From positions 1 through 26,465 of the IMG/VR virus record IMGVR_UViG_3300043443_000195: 26,465 nucleotides of DNA. One strand, 5' to 3'. The position numbers and the translations under genes are program-made. The notes under the pieces were generated by a model. That model was given only the letters and a program-made list of their open reading frames with translations, was not told where the DNA came from and searched no databases. The stretch comes from a virus. Taxonomy: Duplodnaviria > Caudoviricetes. Shown piece by piece: positions 13,788 to 22,741 of the stretch. Every line of letters begins with the position of its first letter. The first letter of the stretch is position 1.

Positions 13788-14996
13788 ATGTCTAATAGCA
13801 TCTTAACCATTGACATGATCACCCGTAAGGCTCTCGAAATCCTTGAGAACAATCTGGTGATTACCCGTAACGTGAACCGTCAGTACGACGACAGCTTCGC
13901 TGTTGAAGGCGCAAAAATCGGTTCTACATTGCGTATCCGTTTGCCCGACCGCGCTCTGGTAACTGACGGTGCCGCCTTGCAAGTTCAAGACGACAACGAA
14001 CAGTTCACCACTTTGACTGTTTCCAGCCAAAAGCACATCGGTGTGAACTTCACATCTGCTGAATTGACCATGCAATTGGACGACTTCGCAGAGCGTGTGT
14101 TGAAGCCTCGTATCAGCCAATTGGCATCTAGCGTTGACGCTGACGTTGCCAACGCTTATAAGTACATCGGTAACTCCGTTGGTACTCCCGGCACTACTCC
14201 TGCAACTTCTTTGGTCTTGTTGCAAGCCCAACAAAAGTTGAACGAAAACGCTGCTGTGATGTCTCCACGTTACGCTACTGTGAACCCTGCCGCCAACGCT
14301 GGCTTGGTTGAAGGTTTGAAAGGTCTGTTCAACCCAACAGACGTGATCAGCCGTCAATTCAAGAACGGTATGATGGGTGAAAACGTGTTGGGCTTCGAGG
14401 AAGTCAACATGTCTCAATCTATCAAGCAGTTCACAACTGGTTCACGTACAGCCACCGGCGGTACAACTTCTGCTGCTGTGACTACCGAAGGTGCAACCAC
14501 CATCGCTATCACCGGCGCAGGCGCTAACGCCACCATCAAAACTGGTGACGTGTTCACCGTTGCTGACTGCTACGCTGTCAACCCACAAACTCGCGAATCA
14601 ACCGGTTCGTTGTTCCAGTTCGTCGCTGCTGCTGACGTGACTTTGAACGGCTCTGGCGCTGGTAACGTGACCGTTGCTGCAATGTACTCAGCATCTAACG
14701 CTCTGGCTACTGTGGACGTGTTGCCACAAACCAGCAAAGCCGTTGTGTTCGTTGGTACCGCTTCAACTCAGTACCCACAAAACTTGGTGTACCACAAAGA
14801 CGCCATCACTTTCGCAACTGCTGACTTGTTGTTGCCACAAGGTGTGGACATGGCTGCCCGTGCTGTGCACAATGGCATCAGCTTGCGCGTTGTTCGTCAA
14901 TACGACATCAACAACGACCGCTTGCCTTGCCGCGTGGACGTGTTGTACGGTTACAGCACTATCCGTCCTCAAATGGGCGTGCGCCTCTGGGGCTAA
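13788..14996 (+). CDS. Major capsid protein, P22 gp5-like
   Basis: MSNSILTIDMITRKAL, KIGSTLRIRLP, YDINND...RVDVLYG. Strongly biased codon usage and SD AAAGGA. Confidence 0.93.
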   Translation: MSNSILTIDMITRKALEILENNLVITRNVNRQYDDSFAVEGAKIGSTLRIRLPDRALVTDGAALQVQDDNEQFTTLTVSSQKHIGVNFTSAELTMQLDDFAERVLKPRISQLASSVDADVANAYKYIGNSVGTPGTTPATSLVLLQAQQKLNENAAVMSPRYATVNPAANAGLVEGLKGLFNPTDVISRQFKNGMMGENVLGFEEVNMSQSIKQFTTGSRTATGGTTSAAVTTEGATTIAITGAGANATIKTGDVFTVADCYAVNPQTRESTGSLFQFVAAADVTLNGSGAGNVTVAAMYSASNALATVDVLPQTSKAVVFVGTASTQYPQNLVYHKDAITFATADLLLPQGVDMAARAVHNGISLRVVRQYDINNDRLPCRVDVLYGYSTIRPQMGVRLWG

Positions 14997-15004
14997 ACCG
15001 AAAT

Positions 15005-15026
15005 GGAGGCTTCGGCCTCCTTTCTT
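15005..15026 (+). terminator. Intrinsic terminator after the coat gene
   Basis: GGAGGC-TTCG-GCCTCC-TTTCTT. Confidence 0.8.
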
Positions 15027-15053
15027 GTCAAATCTTTTTAAAGGAAATTTATC

Positions 15054-15464
15054 ATGGCATTACCAAACGGCGCAGGCGGTTACCAAGTTGGTGACGGCAA
15101 TACAAACGAAGTTAGCATGGGCGTTCAAGCTGCTCCTCCGACAGCTACAGCTACAGCTACTTTGACTACAGCTCAAATCACTGGCGGCATTTTGTTGGGT
15201 TCCCCCGGCTCATCCGCTGCTGCTTACACTCTGCCTACAGGCACTAGCCTCGATACAGCAGTGCCTAGCGCAAAAGTGAATAGCTCATTCGACTTCAGCG
15301 TGATCAACGTTGACGGTTCTTCTTCTGGCGTCATCACAATGACTGCTGGTACAGGTTGGACTATTGTAGGCTTGGCTACTATCGCTGCTACTGCAGGCAC
15401 TGCAGGTAAGTTCCGTTGCCGTCGTACTGGCGAAGGCACTTGGACTTTGTACCGCTTGGCTTAA
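15054..15464 (+). CDS. Putative capsid decoration / head accessory protein
   Basis: 136 aa, Thr/Gly/Ala-rich and beta-like, directly after the coat gene, strong SD. Confidence 0.65.
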   Translation: MALPNGAGGYQVGDGNTNEVSMGVQAAPPTATATATLTTAQITGGILLGSPGSSAAAYTLPTGTSLDTAVPSAKVNSSFDFSVINVDGSSSGVITMTAGTGWTIVGLATIAATAGTAGKFRCRRTGEGTWTLYRLA

Positions 15465-15477
15465 TAAAAGCGAACCT

Positions 15478-15504
15478 AAAGGGGGCCTTCGGGTCCCCTT
15501 TTTT
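15478..15504 (+). terminator. Intrinsic terminator
   Basis: AAAGGGGGCC-TTCG-GGTCCCCTTTTTT. Confidence 0.85.
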
Positions 15505-15515
15505 AAGGAATAAAT

Positions 15516-15758
15516 ATGGCAGTTATTTACATGACTCACCCCATCCATGGCGCAAAAGTTGCCACCATGGAAATGGAAGCAGTTGCTGATGAAGAAAACG
15601 GTTGGGTGCGATATACTCCAGAAACGCCTTCTATTCAGGAAGAAGCGGCTCCGAAACAGGAAGTTAAAAAACGTGGTCGCAAGGCCGCTGAAGCAGAACA
15701 ACCCGCAGCCGAAGAAGTGCCTGAATTTTTAGCACCGCAGGCTGATCAAGGAGAGTAA
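15516..15758 (+). CDS. Hypothetical protein (80 aa) with KKRGRK motif
   Basis: SD TAAGGA. HPIHG...ENGW N-terminal domain and an acidic tail. Confidence 0.75.
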   Translation: MAVIYMTHPIHGAKVATMEMEAVADEENGWVRYTPETPSIQEEAAPKQEVKKRGRKAAEAEQPAAEEVPEFLAPQADQGE

Positions 15759-15759
15759 T

Positions 15760-16491
15760 ATGGCAACGTATACCGCAGGCGATCAGATCAACAGAGCGTT
15801 GCGATTGCTAGGTGTGCTTGCTGAAGGTGAGACACCCACGGCCCAGATGTCGGAAGACGCGCTGATGGCTCTCAACCAAATGATTGACTCTTGGAACACC
15901 GAACGACTTTCGGTGTTTTCCACGATTGACCAAATCGTTGAATGGCCAGTCGGCTCAATCAACGAAACTCTTGGCCCCACCGGTTCATTGGTGCGAACAA
16001 ACGGCACCGCCGTGCGCCCAATTCTGGTTGATGACGCCACGTATTTCAAAGACCCGAGCACAGGTGTGTCTTATGGGATCAAGCTGATCAATCAGCAACA
16101 GTACGACGGGATTGCCGTCAAAACTGTGACCTCGACTTATCCGCAGGTATTGTTTGTCAACAACACCTTCCCCGATATTGACATGTTCATCTACCCGCGC
16201 CCAACGCGGTTGCTGGAATGGCATTTCATCAGCGTTGAAGAGTTGACACAACCTGCTGCGCTTACAACCGAGTTGCACTTCCCACCCGGGTACATGCGTG
16301 CCTTTGCGTACAACCTCGCAATGGAAATTGCACCCGAGTTTGGTGTTGAACCCTCACCCCAAGTGCAACGCATCGCAATGACATCCAAGCGCGATCTCAA
16401 ACGCATCAACAACCCTGATGATGTGATGTCAATGCCTTACGCCATTGTGGCCACACGTCAACGTTACAACATCTACGCTGGTAACTACTGA
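15760..16491 (+). CDS. Head-tail adaptor, P22 gp4-like
   Basis: TAGDQINRALRLLGV...DALMALNQMIDSW and PPGYMRAFAYNLAMEIAPEFG, plus gene position. Confidence 0.85.
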   Translation: MATYTAGDQINRALRLLGVLAEGETPTAQMSEDALMALNQMIDSWNTERLSVFSTIDQIVEWPVGSINETLGPTGSLVRTNGTAVRPILVDDATYFKDPSTGVSYGIKLINQQQYDGIAVKTVTSTYPQVLFVNNTFPDIDMFIYPRPTRLLEWHFISVEELTQPAALTTELHFPPGYMRAFAYNLAMEIAPEFGVEPSPQVQRIAMTSKRDLKRINNPDDVMSMPYAIVATRQRYNIYAGNY

Positions 16492-17933
16492 TGAAAAGTC
16501 CGATCCTTGGTGCAAGCTATGTGGCCCGCAGCGTCAATGCTGCGGACAACCGCATGGTGAACCTTTTCCCCGAGTTGGTCCCCGAAGGTGGCAAAGAACC
16601 TGCGTTCTTGAGCCGCTGCCCGGGGCTGCGCCGCAAGGCGACGGTTGGCACAGGTCCGATTCGTGGATTGTGGCAAACCAAAGGAGTCATGTATGCGGTG
16701 TCAGGCGACACCTTTTACAAGGTCGAGACATACGGTAGAACACGCCTCAAAGGCACAGCAATCGGCACGGTGACAGGTACTGGGCCTGTGTCCATGTCTG
16801 ACAACGGCACGCAGATTTTTATCGCCTGCAATCCTGATGGATTCATTTACAACATCGTCACCGAAGTCTTTGCCCAGATCACAGACCCCGATTTCCCCGG
16901 CGCTGTAACCGTGGGCTATTTGGACGGCTACTTTGTGTTCAACGAACCCGACAGTTCCCGCGTGTGGGTGACTGCATTGCTCGATGGTCTATCGGTTGAC
17001 CCGTTGGACTTTGCAAGCGCCGAGGGCGATCCTGATGGTTTGGTGTCTTTGATTGTTGACCACCGTGAAGCGTGGCTCTTTGGCACCAACTCAATCGAGG
17101 TTTGGTATGACGCAGGGCTGCCAGACTTCCCCCTACAGCGCATCCAAGGCGCTTTTAACGAGATTGGTTGTGCTGCCGCATATTCGGTGGCCAAACTCGA
17201 CAATGGTGTGTTTTGGCTAGGTGCTGATGCCCGTGGTCGTGGTATTGTCTATCGTGCCAATGGGTATACAGGTCAGCGCATCTCAACGCACGCTGTTGAA
17301 TGGCAAATTCAGCAGTATTCCGATATTTCGGACGCAATTGCCTACACCTACCAACAAGACGGTCACGCGTTCTACGTGCTCATTTTCCCATCGGCGCAGA
17401 CCACATGGGTCTACGATGTGGCTACGCAGTCATGGCATGAGCGTGCCGGTTGGTCCAATGGTGACTTTGTTCGCCATCGCTCAAACTGTCAGGTGTCTTA
17501 CAACAACGAGATCATCGTAGGTGACTACGAGAACGGCAATTTGTACGCCTACGATCTTGAGGATTACACCGACAACGGCGACATCCAAAAATGGTTGCGT
17601 TCATGGCGTGCTTTGGGCACCGGTCAAAACAACCTCAAGCGTAGCGCACAACACACCTTGCAGATCGATTGTGAGTCAGGTGTGGGCACGAACACGGGTC
17701 AGGGTAGCGATCCGCAAATGATGCTACGTTGGTCTGACGATGGTGGCCACACATGGTCAAACGAGCGTTGGGTGTCAATGGGTAAGATTGGTGAATACTA
17801 CACCCGAGCAATCTTCCGTCGCCTTGGTATGACGCTAAAACTGCGTGACCGTGTCTATGAAATATCAGGCACCGATCCAGTCAAAGTCGCTATCATGGGG
17901 GCCGAACTTTATGTGACGCCTACCAATGCCTGA
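16491..17933 (+). CDS. Tail hub / DNA stabilization protein, P22 gp10-like
   Basis: VNLFP, GPIRG, LDGYFVF, FASAEGDPD, RISTHAVE, TWVYD...WH, WSDDGGHTW. Confidence 0.9.
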   Translation: MKSPILGASYVARSVNAADNRMVNLFPELVPEGGKEPAFLSRCPGLRRKATVGTGPIRGLWQTKGVMYAVSGDTFYKVETYGRTRLKGTAIGTVTGTGPVSMSDNGTQIFIACNPDGFIYNIVTEVFAQITDPDFPGAVTVGYLDGYFVFNEPDSSRVWVTALLDGLSVDPLDFASAEGDPDGLVSLIVDHREAWLFGTNSIEVWYDAGLPDFPLQRIQGAFNEIGCAAAYSVAKLDNGVFWLGADARGRGIVYRANGYTGQRISTHAVEWQIQQYSDISDAIAYTYQQDGHAFYVLIFPSAQTTWVYDVATQSWHERAGWSNGDFVRHRSNCQVSYNNEIIVGDYENGNLYAYDLEDYTDNGDIQKWLRSWRALGTGQNNLKRSAQHTLQIDCESGVGTNTGQGSDPQMMLRWSDDGGHTWSNERWVSMGKIGEYYTRAIFRRLGMTLKLRDRVYEISGTDPVKVAIMGAELYVTPTNA

Positions 17934-19998
17934 ACAACAAAACATAACCAATATTCCGTCCAACCGGGTTGATTTCATCGACCCGCGCACGGGTTTGGTT
18001 TCGCGTGAATGGTATCGGTTTTTCTTAAATCTGTTTAACTTAGCAGGTGGCGGCGGCAACCAAACATCTTTAGACGATTTGCAAGTCGGTCCACCCCCTC
18101 AACCGGTTTCTGATAGCGGTGGTGGCGGTGGTTCTGGAACTGTGACATCTGTAGATGTGTCTGGTGGCACAACTGGTTTGACCACCAGCGGTGGTCCTAT
18201 TACCTCGAGTGGCACGATCACATTGGCAGGCACATTAAATGTCGCTAACGGTGGTACAGGTGCTACTACGGAAGCAGGCGCTCCATTTGCGCTTAAAGGT
18301 GCAAACGCTGACATCACCAGCATGACAGGTGTGACAGGTGGCATTTCGTCACCTGATTATGTGCAGTTCGACACAACCTATGCCACAACCTTGGGTGTTG
18401 GTCAACTTGGATGGGATGGCAACGACACCCTCGGTCTGGGCATGATCGGTGGCAACGTCATCCAACACATCGGTGAAGACCAATTCTTCTACTGCAAAGC
18501 ATCGTCGGCCATCACCAAAGGTCAAGTGGTCATGTTCACCGGTGCCGTGGGTGCTAGTGGTGTGCCCACAGGCGCACCTGCTACGGGTATCACCGACGGC
18601 ACATACATCATGGGTGTTGCCGCAGAAACGATTGCGCTAAATGGTTTTGGTTTGATTCAGACTTTTGGCACGCTGCGTAACGTCAACACATCGGGATATG
18701 CCGATGGTGACATCCTTTGGTACAACCCTGCTGTTACAGGTGGGTTGACAAGCACTAAGCCCTCGGCACCCAATGTCAAAGTACAAATGGCCGCTGTGAT
18801 CAATGGTGGCTCTGCTGGCGGCGGCACGATTTTGATCCGCATCGACCCCGGCTCAACGCTTGGCGGCACCGACTCCAACGCGCAGATTGGTACTCCGAGT
18901 AATGGCCAAATCATTACGTATGACGGCGCTGCGACTTACTGGAAAAACACCACGCTGACCGCAGGCACGGGCATCTCGGTGACGGCTGCTTCTGACGGTA
19001 CGTTGACAGTCGCCAACACTAGCCCGTCATCGGGCGGCACCGTCACTTCGGTGGCCATGACTGTCCCGACCGGTCTGTCGATCAGCGGCAGCCCAATCAC
19101 TACTTCGGGTACGCTGGCGGTGACATACACAGCAGGCTACTCGATCCCTACCACCGCAAGTCAAACAAATTGGGATACCGCGTATTCCGAACGTTTGCAA
19201 TGGGACGGTGGTTCGACGAATCTGGTTGCCGCAACTGGCCGCACATCCCTCGGGGGCACCACGGTTGGCCAGAACATGTTCACGCTCACCAATCCGAGTG
19301 CGATCACGTTCCCACGGTTTAACGCTGACAACACCGTTTCCGCGCTGACAGCCTCGGCGTTTCGCACAGCCATCGGCGCGGGCACAGGGGATGGCACGGT
19401 CACCAGCGTCACGGGTACGTCACCTGTGGCCTCAAGTGGGGGCACAACGCCTGCAATCAGCCTTTCCAGCGGCTACGGTGACACACAGAACCCCTACGCC
19501 AGCAAGACAGCAAATTATTTCTTGGCCGCGCCCAACGGCTCGGCAGGTGCGCCCACGTTCCGCGCTATCGTGGCCGCAGACATCCCCACCTTGAACCAGA
19601 ACACTACGGGCACCGCATCCAATGTCACGGGCACCGTGGCCATCGCCAACGGCGGCACGGGTCAAACCACCAAAACCGAGGGGTTCGACGCACTGTCGCC
19701 CACCACGACAAAGGGTGACTTGATTGTTAGCAACGGGACAGACAACGTCCGTCTTGGTGTGGGCGCGGACACCTACGTGCTCACCGCTGACTCAACCGCG
19801 TCAAGCGGTGTCAAGTGGGCAGCGGCTGCGGGTGGTGGTAGTAACATCACAGCCCAAGGAATGTGGGAGAATGCGCTCACAATCTCGTCAAACTACACCA
19901 TCACGTCAGGTAACAGCGCAATGTCTGCTGGTCCCATCACGATTGCCTCTGGTGTGACCGTGACCATTCCGTCTGGCTCACGTTGGGTTGTTGTTTAA
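17926..19998 (+). CDS. Tail fibre / elongated needle-position protein (690 aa)
   Basis: N-terminal DPRTGLVSREWYRFF anchor at the gp26 position. Gly/Thr/Ser-rich with three GTVTSV repeats and two ANGGTG repeats. Confidence 0.8.
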   Translation: MPEQQNITNIPSNRVDFIDPRTGLVSREWYRFFLNLFNLAGGGGNQTSLDDLQVGPPPQPVSDSGGGGGSGTVTSVDVSGGTTGLTTSGGPITSSGTITLAGTLNVANGGTGATTEAGAPFALKGANADITSMTGVTGGISSPDYVQFDTTYATTLGVGQLGWDGNDTLGLGMIGGNVIQHIGEDQFFYCKASSAITKGQVVMFTGAVGASGVPTGAPATGITDGTYIMGVAAETIALNGFGLIQTFGTLRNVNTSGYADGDILWYNPAVTGGLTSTKPSAPNVKVQMAAVINGGSAGGGTILIRIDPGSTLGGTDSNAQIGTPSNGQIITYDGAATYWKNTTLTAGTGISVTAASDGTLTVANTSPSSGGTVTSVAMTVPTGLSISGSPITTSGTLAVTYTAGYSIPTTASQTNWDTAYSERLQWDGGSTNLVAATGRTSLGGTTVGQNMFTLTNPSAITFPRFNADNTVSALTASAFRTAIGAGTGDGTVTSVTGTSPVASSGGTTPAISLSSGYGDTQNPYASKTANYFLAAPNGSAGAPTFRAIVAADIPTLNQNTTGTASNVTGTVAIANGGTGQTTKTEGFDALSPTTTKGDLIVSNGTDNVRLGVGADTYVLTADSTASSGVKWAAAAGGGSNITAQGMWENALTISSNYTITSGNSAMSAGPITIASGVTVTIPSGSRWVVV

Positions 19999-20007
19999 GG
20001 AAAGCCA

Positions 20008-20349
20008 ATGACAGTCACCGCACGCAACCTTGTCCCTGCCAAACTCGTCGAGAACACTCAGACGACGCAGTACACCGTGAGCAGCAACATCACTGCTACC
20101 ATCATCGACAAGTTCACTGCGACCAACATCAGCGGCTCCACGGCCACCATCAGCGTCAACATCGTCACTGGGTCGGACACCGCAGGCAACCAAAACCTGA
20201 TCACCAAGCAGCGCACGCTCACAGCGTCCGAGGTCTACACTTTCCCAGAACTTGTCGGTCAAATCTTGACAAACGGCTCGTTTATCTCCACCCTTGCCAG
20301 TGCGCCCAACGCCATCAACATGCGCGTCAGCGGAAGGGAGATTTCGTGA
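20008..20349 (+). CDS. Putative virion structural protein (113 aa)
   Basis: SD TAAGGA. Thr/Ser-rich and beta-like, in the tail module. Confidence 0.75.
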   Translation: MTVTARNLVPAKLVENTQTTQYTVSSNITATIIDKFTATNISGSTATISVNIVTGSDTAGNQNLITKQRTLTASEVYTFPELVGQILTNGSFISTLASAPNAINMRVSGREIS

Positions 20350-20786
20350 ATCAAGTTGCCGAAGTACCACTTGTTGAAAAACTGCAAGAGGAAATATCTA
20401 AATTTCCTCAATACGAGCCGCCAACGGAACACATATTCCACGGTGGTATGTACTGCCGACAAGTTTGGCGTCCCGCAGGCTGTGTCATTGTGGGAAAAGT
20501 TCACAAAAAGGAACATTTCTACATGGTTGTTTCTGGCACCGTCAGCGTAACGACTGATGACGGCGTTCAAACTTTAACTGCTCCTGCTTTGCTATGTAGC
20601 AAACCGGGTACCAAACGAGCCGTATTTGCCGAAACGGATGCGATATGTATGACCATTCATCGTGTTGATTCAAATACGGTGGAAGATGTAGAATCAGAAT
20701 TAGTCGAAGATGACTTAAACTCGATGTTTGCTGTTGGAAACAAAGTAAAACATCAGGAAATTGAGGTAACACCATGTCCTTTGTAA
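20346..20786 (+). CDS. Cupin-fold protein (146 aa)
   Basis: GTG start at 20346 (SD GAAGGGAG, GTGA overlap). HIFHGGMYCR...PAG..IVGKVHKKEH...VSG, PGTKR, TIH. Confidence 0.75.
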   Translation: MNQVAEVPLVEKLQEEISKFPQYEPPTEHIFHGGMYCRQVWRPAGCVIVGKVHKKEHFYMVVSGTVSVTTDDGVQTLTAPALLCSKPGTKRAVFAETDAICMTIHRVDSNTVEDVESELVEDDLNSMFAVGNKVKHQEIEVTPCPL

Positions 20787-21484
20787 CAGCAGCGATGATT
20801 GTAGGTGGTGCCACATTGGCATCATCTTATATGGGTTCGCGTGCAGCAGGAAAAGCCGCAGATGTACAAGCCGGGGCATCTGATCGCGCCGCTGACCTTC
20901 AGTATCAGCAATTTAGAGAAGCTGCCGCCCTGCAAGAGCCTTGGCGTCAAGCTGGTCAACGCGCGTTGACTAAACTTGAGGGTGCTGTTGACTACACACC
21001 GTTCAATTACAACGCATTTACTGCTGATCCCGGCTACGCGTTTCGTTTGTCGGAAGGTCAAAAAGCACTTGAGCGTAGCGCCGCTGCCCGTGGTGGCTTG
21101 ATGTCTGGTGCGACAGGTAAAGCGCTGACCCGGTATGGTCAAGAAATGGGTTCGCAGGAATATACAAACGCATTCAATCGCTATCAAACCGAACGTGCTG
21201 CCAAGTTGCAACCATTGCAGTCTCTTGCTGGTGTGGGTCAAACGACCGCGCAACAAATTGGTCAAGCTGGTCAGAACATGGCTAGTAATGTAGGCGAGGC
21301 GTTAATGAGTGGTGCAAATGCCCGGGCGTCAGGATACGTTGGTGGCGCAAACGCGTTAAACCAAGGCTTGAACACATACCTTAATTACACGCAGGGTCAG
21401 AACATGTTGAACATGTTGAACCAAGGTAATGTGATGGCCGGTTTACAAACACCTGCAGGTATTGCAAGTTATTTCGGGGGTTAA
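20774..21484 (+). CDS. DNA ejection / pilot protein, P22 gp7-like
   Basis: Hydrophobic Gly/Ala N-terminus, DPGYAFRL, SAAARGGLMSGATGKAL, Gln/Ala/Asn-rich. Confidence 0.85.
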   Translation: MSFVTAAMIVGGATLASSYMGSRAAGKAADVQAGASDRAADLQYQQFREAAALQEPWRQAGQRALTKLEGAVDYTPFNYNAFTADPGYAFRLSEGQKALERSAAARGGLMSGATGKALTRYGQEMGSQEYTNAFNRYQTERAAKLQPLQSLAGVGQTTAQQIGQAGQNMASNVGEALMSGANARASGYVGGANALNQGLNTYLNYTQGQNMLNMLNQGNVMAGLQTPAGIASYFGG

Positions 21485-21490
21485 TAAAAC

Positions 21491-22732
21491 ATGCCAATCA
21501 ATCCCAATATTGCACTTGCTGTAAAACCTATTGAGGTCGCAAACCCATTAAACGCATATGCCCAGATGCAGCAAATTCGTGGTGCGCAACAACAAAACGC
21601 TCTTGCTCAAATGCAGATGCAAGAATACGAGCGTGCACGCGGCGAAGAAGAACGACTTCGCAACTACCTTGCAGACAAACCTGATTTAACAAGCGCCGAA
21701 AATCAAGCGTCATTGCTGACCCAGTTTGGTAAAACGGGTCGTGAAACTTTGAAAAGTTTGGGCGAGTTTCAAAAAGCGCAAACCGATGAAGCTGCACGCA
21801 AAGCAAAGTTGCTAGAAGATGAACTAAAACGATCCAAAACGTATTTGGAAGGTGTTTCCACACCCGAGCAATTTATCGAATGGCACATGGCAAATCACGC
21901 CAATCCCATACTTGGTAAAGAATTGGCGTCACGGGGAATCACTCCCGAAAGCTCAAGGGCGCGTATTGAGCAAGCTATGCGAACCCCCGGCGGCTTTGAA
22001 AAATTGCTACAAGAATCCAAACTGGGTGTCGAGAAATATACCGAACGTACCACATTAACCGAAGCAGATCGCCAACGCATCAAGCAAGAAGGTCAACGTA
22101 TTGGTCTGGAAGGCCGTCGTGTGGCTGTGATGGAAGATGAAAACCGTCGCGCCAAAGACCCAGTATTCCAGCAAAAAATGGCTGCTGCTAAAGCAACAGG
22201 TGAAGCGATTGCTAAGAACGAAGTTGCCGCCAAACAGGCATTGCCCGGTGTGATTGCGAATGCTCAAGAGGCTGTAAACCTTGTTGATCAATTGGTCGGC
22301 AAACAAGAGGTGCGTGACAAGTCTGGCAAAGTGCTTCAAGCTGCTACAGCGCCTCACGCTGGTTTTGAAAATGCTGTGGGTACAACTTGGAAACCCGGTT
22401 TTCGATTCATCCCCGGTACAGACGCAGCCGACTTTCAAGCATTGTTTGAACAGGTTAAAGGTTCTGCATTTTTGGAGGCATTCAACACGCTTAAGGGTGC
22501 TGGCGCGATTACTGAAAAAGAAGGCGAAAAAGCAACCGCTGCCCGCACTCGCATGTCTACTGCACAAAGCGAAGCCGAGTTTGTCAAAGCTGCCCGCGAG
22601 TATCAAGATGTGATTCGCAAAGGTGTGGAAGTCATGCAGAAGAAGGCTAGTGGTGGCGCGGCTCCCGCGATGCCTGCTGGCGCAGGTGGTGCTGTGGATA
22701 TGAACAATCCGTTGCTCGGTGGCCCACGATAA
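21491..22732 (+). CDS. DNA ejection protein, gp20 position
   Basis: Gln/Ala/Glu/Lys-rich helical protein with LKGAGAITEKEG, plus gene position. Confidence 0.75.
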   Translation: MPINPNIALAVKPIEVANPLNAYAQMQQIRGAQQQNALAQMQMQEYERARGEEERLRNYLADKPDLTSAENQASLLTQFGKTGRETLKSLGEFQKAQTDEAARKAKLLEDELKRSKTYLEGVSTPEQFIEWHMANHANPILGKELASRGITPESSRARIEQAMRTPGGFEKLLQESKLGVEKYTERTTLTEADRQRIKQEGQRIGLEGRRVAVMEDENRRAKDPVFQQKMAAAKATGEAIAKNEVAAKQALPGVIANAQEAVNLVDQLVGKQEVRDKSGKVLQAATAPHAGFENAVGTTWKPGFRFIPGTDAADFQALFEQVKGSAFLEAFNTLKGAGAITEKEGEKATAARTRMSTAQSEAEFVKAAREYQDVIRKGVEVMQKKASGGAAPAMPAGAGGAVDMNNPLLGGPR

Positions 22733-22741
22733 GGAAACATC

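Noticed and set aside
19983-20345. His/Arg-rich N-terminal extension of the cupin ORF
   Set aside because: It is an alternate frame of 20008..20349. GTG 20346 is the supported start.
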